Source: Entomortierella parvispora E1425 (Eukaryota > Fungi > Mortierellomycota). Taken from it: 64,000 nt of DNA. The stretch spans positions 1,488,001 through 1,552,000 of the forward strand of contig BQFW01000003.1 of the NCBI GenBank assembly GCA_020891255.1, given 5' to 3'. The position numbers and the translations under genes were made by a program. Shown piece after piece: positions 1-9,650 of the stretch. The notes under the pieces were generated by a model that did not search any database, was not told the origin of the DNA, and saw only the letters and a program-made list of their open reading frames with translations. Every line of letters starts with the position of its first letter. Position 1 is the first letter of the stretch.

Positions 1-675
1 TCGGGTACCCTATAGCCCTGATGACCAAACAGCGGAAGACTTTATTTACAGGAGCACATTGGGATGTACGCGGATCGACAGTCTTCGACACTTGGACGCG
101 CGACCATAGCCATGGCTCTTCTCCTCTCCTGACTATGGCGTGTGCTCACAGTCCACACACCCACCAATGCATGGATTAAGAAGACGCGGGAAGCAGTCAG
201 AAAGTTCGTGGTGCCTTTCAACTCTGTTCCTGTATGGTCAGCACTGTGTCGCAGCCGGAGTCAGGGTGGATTGTTATGTATTGGTCAAGCGGGCATGTCA
301 GATACCACAATAAAGTAAGATGACAGGAACCGTGCTAAACCAGAGGGATCACCCCAGATCCTCACTTTGTCCCGATTACTTCTTGTGAGTACCAAAACAT
401 TTCACTGCTTCCAGACGCGGTCCAACTTTTTAGTTTGTAACCCCTCTTGATCTATTGCTGTGCTCCTCAGTCTATGATTCACAATAAGCTATATCTTGCC
501 CTCTCTCTCCTGTTCCTGCCTTGTCTGACCGTGACAGGTGACCGTGACAGTGGACCATACAACATGAAAAGATGGACCCAACTGAGCTGGATATGTGTGG
601 TTGCTGCAACAAATTTACTAAAATGTACTACATAGAGTCGAGTTCTCTGTCCTGATTGCATAGTTTGGCGCGGAT

Positions 676-3600
676 TCAAATTCGGCTCGCATGACTGACC
701 TCAGGTTCTTGCAGGGGATTGACCTCACTCGATGAGCTCGCGCTGGTACTTCCATCGGGAAGGGTCCAAGAAGGACGCCGTGGATCAAAGGGTGCTAACG
801 TCCTTTGATCAGTTGAGTGGAGCAACGCGTATCCAGCCAGGGCTATGTTAACTGCCGCATTGGTGTCACGACCGCGAATTGTGTAACCCACGCGAAAGGC
901 CACGCACAATGGGTTGTAGCATTCGATTGCCCCGTTGACGCGTACCAGTCTGAGCCCTTTCTTTGTTTGACGCCTTGCTCTAGCTAGGCGCACCGGCTGG
1001 AAGCAAAAACAACATGTGCACGAAGACTTGTGCTCATTAGTGACGCACACGGGCCCATGGGCCATGTTTCGCACTTGAATATTGTTCCCGCCCATCCTCG
1101 TGTGACCACCTAGCCGTGATCCAGCACCTGTCCCCGCTGCCCCGTGGAGATACAGTGGAATCACGCGCGGCTTAACTTTGGGACAAACTTGCACATGCCG
1201 GAGTACAAGTCGTTTTCCGTCGATGCTGTCGTCGACGCAGAGCTCTGGCCAGTGGTGAGTGCCGCACGAGTTGCAGTATCCGTTTTCCGCTATGACAAGA
1301 GTCGGAACGGAAGAAGCAGAAGATGCTGATACCGAGGGCGCGACTGGACTTGCGTCGTTGTCTAAGCAGTTTTGTAAATGAGTTTAGACTTCATAATTAA
1401 TGTTCCCAACAACGCACAAAAAAATGAACTTACAATGTGCGTGCTGTCTGAACGCGTCTCGTTCTTTGGCTGCAAAGCGGTCGTAAGTACTCTTCAAACG
1501 TAACTCCTTGTGGTGGTTCATATTGCGCGCCTTTTCAGAATACTCAAAGCTTCGAACCAACTCTCTGTTATCCCGCCTGACGCCTTGCCTTTCTGCAATC
1601 TGTTCTGCAGTTGTTGCTCTCCGAAAAGAACTTTCTGCCAGCGCACTATACGCACTCTTTACGTTATCATTTCTGGCGAGTCGTCTTGTTCTTGTGCGTG
1701 CTTGGGCATTCAATCCAGAGTGGTGCCGGATCTGTGAGGCCGTGGTCTGATGGGCCTCGGGAAATCGAATGTCTTCAAGCGTGTGGGGTACGGCAACATC
1801 GACTGTGTCCAGAAAGCCAGTCATCTTGTCGAATCGACCCTTTAAAGAAATCAACATTCCTTCTGGGACCGGGACGGTGTTGAGCATGGTACGGACTCCA
1901 GGGTCGGTCCCCCCTGGCACCAAAATGATTTTTTTTCCGTGCCCTCCCTCCTTGACGCGCTCATTATTTTCGTCGATGTCGCTGACCAACTGCTTAATGT
2001 TCACTGATTCGGCTTTGTCCATGCAACCAGGGCGTGAAATTGATGGATTGGATGTGAAGACTGGAGTCGAGCTGCTGCTGTCCTCGTCCATCTGTCTACG
2101 CTGATGCGCCGATGGAGGCTGGAACTTGTCGTAGTCGTACTTTTGCTGTTTCAAATTTTTGATATTTGCTCTCAGGGGGATAACGTTCTGACGGAGCTGA
2201 TACACATGGTCACGCTGGGTTTTCATCGCTTTGAAGGTCTCGTCGAAATCGTTCCCTTTCTCTGACGCTAGATCCCTGAGAGTAGCCTTTAAGGAGCGTA
2301 GTCGACATTCCGCCTGCGCCAATTCCCGGTTTTGCTGCTTGATAAGTTTATCATAGACGTCGATGTCTTCTGCCAGCTTCGCTGAGAGTTCACTCGCCCT
2401 ATCTTTTGACAGACCGGATTTTACAAGATCGAGCTGACGCAGTTGGGCTTCAGATGGTTGATGCTGCCCTTTTTTGTTGTTTTTCTGGCGTCCCTTCTTG
2501 ACCTCAATTTGATTTAGAGGTGCATACCGCCGAATAGAATGCCCAATTATTTTCACCGTGTTTGGATCAACAAAATCAAATCTAGAGCACATTTGTGAAA
2601 TGGTAAGAACACTTGCCCGAGAGTGCAGTCGATCGTTTCATGAACATACTCTACGCGTTACTTACCGGTTCGCAAATATCATTCCGTGTTCCAAGCATGT
2701 TTTATGGACCACATCCATTTTGAAGAATGCTCCGAACATGATTGCCGGGCTATGATTCGCAGCTTCTCTATCCGGTATGACCTTGTTGTTCAAGGCTCTG
2801 ACATCGAAATGGTATTCCTCACTGGAACAGAGAGTCTCATACATCCCGGTGGCATTGAGAGGTATGGGGTGCATTTTCCCAACCGAGGACACTGGAGATA
2901 TTCTCCTCGCAAAATCGGCGTACCCCATTGCGAAGAGCAACTGATTCGAAAGGTAGACGAAAGGGCCCGTTGCGAGGATATGGTGCGGGATATGACCTCC
3001 AGAGTTTTTTCTGGGCGCAAAAGGTCTCAGTGCGTTTGCAACAAATACTGCCATCTGAACTTCGTTGTCCTTGTAGCTTTTTCCTTTGAAAAGATGGCGA
3101 CGTAGATCGGCGGTTGTAATTTCATTTGGGGGATCATTCGTGTCCACCAGATAACAGGTAACTGCTTCTAGCCCACGGAGGTATTTTGACTTGGGCTCTG
3201 TCTTATAACTGTCATCTGTGAACAGTTTTTTAAAAAAAATATAAATATTAGTTGTTGCACGTAGAAAAACACAATGCCTCGTTTCAGCAAACTTACCCCC
3301 TGCTGCTCCATCAGAGTCATGGTTTTTTTCAAGATCAGGGTCATGGTCTTCTTTCAGCATCTGTAAAAATCCATCATACTCGTCGTCGTCCTCGTCGTTT
3401 TCTTCTTCCGAATCTTCTGAATCAGCCTCTTGAAAGAGACCCAACTGGGGCGAGGTTGGTAGTGGCGACGCAAGGAATTCAATTTGCCTGTGGATCAAGT
3501 GAAGCACTTTTTGTATCCGCTGAGTGCGCGGTTGCAAAACTTGGGTGTCATCATCGCTGTCATCGTCCCAGAAACCATCGTTCCAGAAACCATCGTCCCA

Positions 3601-5910
3601 GAAACCATCGTCCCAGAAACCATCGTCGTGACTTTCGCCCATGTCGTCGTCGTCTTCATTACTATCCATAGATACGGATTGTGAGATAACAAGCGTCGAC
3701 CCTGACCATCGTTTTGCACACAATGTCACAGCCCTGTCAAGTTGGTCCAGGAGTGACCGAAGTTTTTGCCAAAGCCTTTTCGGGCGCAGTCTTGATTTCT
3801 CTTGGCGAACTGCCTGGCGCTGTTGCTTTTCTTCTGCCTTTTGCTTCCTGAGTGCGCGGTATCTTTCTTCACTCAGGGGTCTCAGGTGGAGTCTTAGAAG
3901 GTAGCGAACAATGTGCCTCTTCAAATTACTGTAAATGTTTCCCGACCAAATGTTGGAGATGTTGGTCGCCATGGTACGTAATAACTCGGTCCTGGACCGT
4001 GACATTCCTGTAGGGCAACTGACAGCATCGTCCATTACAGATGTCTCGTTAATGAGTGATACAACATGGTCCCAGACTGGGTGGTCGCCTGTTTTGGAGT
4101 GCTTTGTTGTATCGAGCCTCACCGCCATATATTGCAGACAAGCTTGGCTGAAAACGTTTCGAAGATCGGTGCTAAATACGTCGTCCTTCTGAGTATCAGC
4201 CAACGTTGCCAAAATTCCCTCTGTGACGTTGGCGACCTGGATGACTGGATTCTTTTTCAGATCTGCATCTCGTATCTCGAAACCATCAGGAAGAATGGTG
4301 GAGATGTCAACACTGGTCATCGTCCCAAAGAGTCGACCCCGGAATATCTAAATAGCAAGACGAAGACGCTCATATCAGTTTAAATTTCGCTTGGAAAGAT
4401 TAGAACATCAAATACCAGGCTAGTTTTGACTTACCTCTACATGAGCCTTCAATATCGCCACTTGAATCTCGTCGATGTGGTTCGACATCAAACGCTGCTT
4501 TTCGTGTAAAATCTCACATATGGTGCCTTTCGTGTCAGAGTCGAAGTCGTTGCGGAGTATCTTCTGTAAGGGCACTTGGCATACCCTTATGTCTGGTTTG
4601 TTTTTCTCATTCCCCTCTAGCACTGTCGGGCCATTGCCGTTGTCGTCAGCTTCATCACTGCCTTCATCTTCCTCTTTCGCCTCAAGGGCTTCCTTCCAGA
4701 GAATGTGACAATGACTCTCCACGAAATTGTGATACAGCACCAGCCTTTTGTCTTTGTCGACTTTCTCATCAAACTGTGTTTGGGTGATATTAGGAGGTTC
4801 GTCTTCGTCTGGATCTTTGCAGCTTGTTTCCAGTATCGAGATAGCGCGTTCAACAAGATGACGGGGCGATCTTTTGCATGTTCGTTCCTTCTTCCTGAAG
4901 TCCTCAAGAGCTTTAGCCATGATATTTTCGCGATCCTGCTCGCTCGTTGCTTTCTCTGCTTTTTTCAAGGCTGCAGCTACGATACGTTTGGTTCTGCCTT
5001 TCAATATCGACATGCTACAAAGGTTCAAGGTGGAAATGGGTCAGTGATCGATATTCAAGGGCACCACATGTCTTAACCAGTTAATTCAAAACTTACCAGC
5101 TCTGCTTGAAACAGTGCTCTGCCAGAGCTGCAGTGAACTCTACAGAGGCATGCTTAGTGTGTTCTCTTGCATAATCCCTGTACTCTGCCTTGGCGATAGA
5201 CGACGATGCCATAAGTTGCACTGGAAGAGGAATTGGCTCTGTTATGGAACAGGTGAGAGGGACGTATGTCCGCAGACTTCTGAAGGATTCAGCCAAATCC
5301 AAAAGGACTATCAGCTTTTCCTGATCTGTGGCGTCCCCTTCTGGTCGTACAACATGTGTTTTTGAGCGCGAGGATATGACTATAATAGCCGTATTAACAA
5401 GTTGAGCGAGTCTCCTCAAAAGGAGTCTGCAGGGGGGGAGGACCACGTCGCCGGCGCTGGAGCTTAGGATGAAGTTCGTCTGGACTTTACGGTTCATCAC
5501 GTTGACAACGAGAGCTGTAGCAGGTGCAGGTTCCTCGTCCAAGACAAGACCGTACGTCCTCTGGAGGGAATGTAAAGTTTGCTTGATGGTTTCGTTTGTT
5601 TTGGGTGTTGTATGTCCATCCCATAATAGGGCGTTCACCCGATTTTGAAGCTCATGGTTCGGTGGTTGAATGGGAGGCAGTGCATTAAGAGTATCAATGA
5701 AGGTGGCATCGTCCAAGAAAGTCAGAGAAGTCTAGAGGTTCAAAGGTTTGGACATGAGCAAGACGAGTTCGTTCATTGTATGACTACGACGATAATAGGA
5801 TTTCGAGTGCAAGCATAGCATACCTCAACCTGCCCTCCTGGATACGCATGGTCGGTATCAGTCTCCATAGGTGTTGGGCCACCGCCCATCGGCTGGTACC
5901 CTTCGTTCAT
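676..5910 (-). CDS. Fanzor (Fanzor1-type eukaryotic TnpB homolog, RuvC RNA-guided endonuclease), 7 exons, ~1578 aa
   Basis: Manual splicing with GT-AG introns gives exons 5910-5824, 5731-5097, 5014-4435, 4347-3297, 3215-2666, 2581-1434 and 1361-676. All phases are compatible: 4737 nt with no internal stop. Motifs: RuvC-I GTDPG, GAAGTGAGSRLGGH, RuvC-II TNEHKSS, Zn finger CxxC...CYNPLC, RuvC-III RDTNAAVNI. This fits the TnpB/Fanzor signature D-X(125-275)-[TS][TS]-XX-C4-X(5-50)-RD (268-residue spacer here). Exon 1 and the start codon are the least certain part. Confidence 0.9.
3561..3627. repeat. 15-bp tandem repeat (4 full units plus a partial) encoding (D/N)DGFW x4 inside Fanzor exon 4
   Basis: catcgtcccagaaac units at 3561, 3576, 3591 and 3606, partial at 3621. 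Confidence 0.95.
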
Positions 5911-8089
5911 TATTGTGGGATGACTGAAAAATGTAGAACCAGAGCGAGAGGCTGTATGGCAATAGCAGGGTCCACAAGATGAATGGTGAAAGGGATGCGG
6001 GGATAAGAGGAGGGAGGGACGGGGGGGAGGGGACTGAAAAGGCTCTTCCCGCTCGAGCGATCAGTCTCCCTCTGATCGAAGGCCTGTCTCGCATGTTCCT
6101 TGGTCCATTGTGTGCCTGTCGTGGATGAGACCCAGATTGCTGTGTGGCGCCACTGTGGGGTGGATCTTGTGACTGCCAACTAGTTGTGTTTCCCTCCGGG
6201 GTCACTGTGGCTGTTGGGCTGGCCGATGAAGGGAAAGTAGTGGTCGTAGTTGGTTGGGGAGTTGTTTCTGTCTCTACTTGTGTCGTGTACACCTCGCTGG
6301 TATCAGCTGTGGTGATGTCTTCACTCATCGTAGGGGATGGCGTGTAGAGAGAGTCAGAGGTTTTGAAGGTTGATAGAAATGGAAGTGTTGTTGCCGTAAA
6401 GGTCAAGAAAGGGGCGGTTGTAGTGGAAATAATTGAGAAGGGGATCGTAGTAGTAGCTGTTTCTTGATGAATGTATGGAGTTTCTGAAGACTGAGACTCG
6501 GACATAGACTCTGGGAAAGAGGGAACAGCGGTGGTTGTTGTTGAGAAAGCTGAGATGGCGGTACTGACTAGATCACTCGTGGTCGAAGAGATTGTGGAGG
6601 CGGACAAGGATGTAGTGACTGTAGTAACGGAGGAGTTCTGAGTAGTGGTCTTCAAAGTTGCTGAAGGTGATAGAGATGAATTTGAGGGCGAGTCTGGCAA
6701 CGGCGAGGGTAAGGGAGAACTTGAGGACAGCGACGTTCCAACGGAAAACGACTCGAAGTATCTCCTTACTTCTGAAAACCAGCTGATAGGAAAAAGCGAT
6801 TGTAACCAGAAGAAAAAGGATGACGAGAACAACCAAAACCAGTGGATCAACCACGAGGGAGAGAAGGTCAGGCCAAGTTGGAGTAGAAAGAGTGCTAGGA
6901 AGGTACCGATGAATGTAAGGGAGGATCGAAAGTGAGAGGGTGATGATCCAAAGAGCTTTCTTGTATGCAATCGACGCGACACTTGCCAAGATATGAACGA
7001 GAGGAATAGAAAGTCGAGCGAGGCGGAGTACCAACGCAAGGGCGGCAGTGAAGAGTCGCCAAGTGGTTCGGATGAGTTGGCCGGACTTTTGGACAATGAA
7101 CAATAGGTTGTCGAAGGTGCTTCGTAGAAGAAGATAGACGAGAGGAAACACGACAAAGATTGGGTGTAGTCGATATAAGAAAAGAAATACAGGGCGTAGA
7201 GACTGAGGAACAGGATACATAGGGCAATTGCACTCAGGACTACGGTCTTAGCGATGCCACGAACTTGTCGATAACCGTTCACCAGTAGAACAGAGAAAGT
7301 CCTAGGACGCGCCCGTTGTAGTTCAGTGACCAGATATGAATAGCCGTAAAAGAGGAATATCTGGAAGTTCCAGACAAGAGAAATGAAGAGGAAAAAGTGG
7401 AACGAAATGGATTGCAGGAAATTGTTGAACTTCTGTTTGGTGACACGCCAAAATCGGTAATCTGATGTAGCGTACGAAAGGGCGTATGAGACGAAAGAGG
7501 GGACGTGTTGGACGTGGTAAAGAATAAGGTAGATACGTCTGATCAAAGGCGAAAGGACTCTAACGAGGCGATCGAAAATGATGGTAGCAGAATAGTAGAG
7601 ACTGAGAGTTATAAGGAGGGCGAGAGAAAAAAGAAGGACAATGATGAGAAGAGTGCTCATAAGGTACTCCAGATAGGGCAGCTTTTCTCGGATTTTGAAG
7701 TTGTACTGAAGCCAGTCAGTGAGGTAGAAGGTAGTGTCGTTGATGAGTCTTTGAATGAAAGGGATGGCAACGAGGAAACTGCAGAGGATGATAAAACTCA
7801 AACCAATGGTTGCCTCAGGAATTGCGTATGGTCCGAGTAAGAAGAAGTAGATAGAGGAAACGGCGAGAGCGACAGCAAAGGTGATGAACGCCCACCTAAA
7901 TCCCAGGCTATCGAAAGCTCTCTCTTGCTCCTCGGTGTAAGGACGAGGTAGAGTTGGTGGAATGATGAAAGTTGGTCTGTAGACGAAGAAACCTCCCTCA
8001 GACGACCAAGCGTCAGTTGTTTCAACAGGACCAGGAGCGGCAGCAGGAACAGCATCAACAGCACCAGCAAGAACACCGACAGCAAACAC
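5858..8089 (-). CDS. Orphan multi-pass membrane protein-like ORF with Ser/Thr-rich (mucin-like) C-terminal third, 743 aa
   Basis: 2.2-kb stop-free ORF with several hydrophobic segments, then a long S/T/P-rich tract. There is no ATG at the start (GTG; an AG acceptor-like site lies ~30 nt upstream). The C/T-rich strand lowers stop-codon frequency, so coding status is uncertain. Confidence 0.5.
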   Translation of the reverse strand: MFAVGVLAGAVDAVPAAAPGPVETTDAWSSEGGFFVYRPTFIIPPTLPRPYTEEQERAFDSLGFRWAFITFAVALAVSSIYFFLLGPYAIPEATIGLSFIILCSFLVAIPFIQRLINDTTFYLTDWLQYNFKIREKLPYLEYLMSTLLIIVLLFSLALLITLSLYYSATIIFDRLVRVLSPLIRRIYLILYHVQHVPSFVSYALSYATSDYRFWRVTKQKFNNFLQSISFHFFLFISLVWNFQIFLFYGYSYLVTELQRARPRTFSVLLVNGYRQVRGIAKTVVLSAIALCILFLSLYALYFFSYIDYTQSLSCFLSSIFFYEAPSTTYCSLSKSPANSSEPLGDSSLPPLRWYSASLDFLFLSFISWQVSRRLHTRKLFGSSPSHFRSSLTFIGTFLALFLLQLGLTFSPSWLIHWFWLFSSSFFFWLQSLFPISWFSEVRRYFESFSVGTSLSSSSPLPSPLPDSPSNSSLSPSATLKTTTQNSSVTTVTTSLSASTISSTTSDLVSTAISAFSTTTTAVPSFPESMSESQSSETPYIHQETATTTIPFSIISTTTAPFLTFTATTLPFLSTFKTSDSLYTPSPTMSEDITTADTSEVYTTQVETETTPQPTTTTTFPSSASPTATVTPEGNTTSWQSQDPPHSGATQQSGSHPRQAHNGPRNMRDRPSIRGRLIARAGRAFSVPSPPSLPPLIPASLSPFILWTLLLPYSLSLWFYIFQSSHNNERRVPADGRWPNTYGD

Positions 8090-8109
8090 CCCAACAGGTC
8101 GATTCTTCG

Positions 8110-8889
8110 CAATATAAGTCTAGTGTAACGCTCAGCTTGACTGCTGCAGCCGCTGCATGCGGCGCAATGGATAGTACCAAGTATCCCATGGAACCTCTTT
8201 ATTCATGCTCGTTGTTACACATGACTTTTTTATCTGCAGGATTCTCCTCTCGACGCGTCCGAGCTCGCGTCAGGACAACAAGATCCACGAAAAGCACCAC
8301 CCCATTACTTCTCTTGTCGCGCAATTCCGCGAGGCCAAGAAGACACATCAAGTTCATGAACTGGATCTAAGGCAGAAAGAGATGGCGTACATGCGAATTG
8401 TCCGCGAACAGCAAAGAGGTGTCAAAGCAAAGACGCGCGCAACCTTGACCGATATCAAGCCAAATTCCCTACAAGTTGGATCAAAGAGCACGAAGCAGTC
8501 ATTTTTGTTGAGCAAGGATGGCAAGATCCGATACAATGTCGTGGTACGAAACTTAGATGTGGAGGCGTGTCCTGTCGGTGCTCCAGTTTTTTTTCTGCTT
8601 GAGTATTGGTTGGTAAATTTGAACTTTTTAATCACGACGTACATTTCATGAGTTGGGTGAAGTTCTACCTCTTTCTAATCTGAATTATCTGGCTCTAGCC
8701 TACTTCGTCATCGGCTGCCCCTCCGCCTTGCATAGGAAATCACGACTGGGTCAACTACCAGTTGTTGTCAAAATCTGCCTTACGAACATCAGAGATGCGA
8801 TACGCCACGCAGTACAAGCCGACACGCTACATCCAGGATTATCTCAACATTGAAAGACAAAGCAAATCATTTCAGTCGACGCCTGGGTG

Positions 8890-8923
<34 letters not shown>

Positions 8924-9650
8924 GCGCCGCTGACTGGTGCCAGGAACGAGGATATAACTAACGAAACAGAGTGGTTGCGCGACAAACCGACTCATCACCC
9001 ATTACCTCGACGGCGTCGACGCGTCGGTGGCGTTGCAAATGGCCGGATTTGAGAATGGCCGATCGGAAAACTTTTGAATGGCGCGTGATGTCATTTCAGA
9101 CCTCGAGCTACAGCGCATTGACTTCCCGTTCATTGAACGTGCATGCTCAAATCCCGAGGATACAAAGCCTGGCGACCCTTTCTGGATCCGAACTATCGGC
9201 GACACCATGCTGGATCGAAGTATACTCTACGGACCAACAGGAAGAAGTCAAGGTCAAAAAAAAAAAAATCAAGAAAATGGCTGCACGGAACGTTCCCTCT
9301 GATGATGCAATCTCGCACTGATGACATCTTCATCTGCTTGCCCACTTGCCAAAACATTTTGCAGGACGCCGCCGTCGTGCTGTAGGCCGAGAACAAATCT
9401 TCCCAGTACCCTATTTTCAAGAGTGAAGTATTAGGTTTCGGGCCTTTAAGAAAGTTGATGGCAGAAACGTAACGTCTGTGGAACCTGTTATCCAGCAGCA
9501 ACTGGAGGCCGTCATGTCCTCATATCACAGCAAACTTCTCGACAACAAACCATGAGCACTGCGATCTCCAAGATCTTGGATAACATCGAGAGGCTCCAAG
9601 TTTATTAGGACAGCGAGCCTTGCATGCAGAGCAGCGTAAGTAGTATGTTC
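8110..9650 (+). pseudogene. Decayed Crypton-type (Ndc10/CBF3a domain II-like) tyrosine recombinase
   Basis: Motifs spread over several frames: RGVKAKTRATLTDI; GKIRYNVVVRNLDVEACPVGA (to ~8582); KANHFSRRLGA (HxxR, 8868-8879); G[C]ATNRLITHYLDGVDASVALQMAGF (Tyr 9003-9005); ARDVISDLELQRIDFPFIE; ILQDAAVVL. Premature stops at 9075 and 9383, frameshifts, and a poly-T insertion at 8891-8922. Confidence 0.75.
8891..8922. repeat. poly(T)32 tract interrupting the recombinase
   Basis: 32 consecutive T. Confidence 0.95.

Noticed and set aside
676-2592. Bacterial IS200/IS605 or IS607 tnpB contamination or endosymbiont DNA
   Set aside because: The gene has six phase-consistent spliceosomal introns and sits on a contig with fungal housekeeping genes
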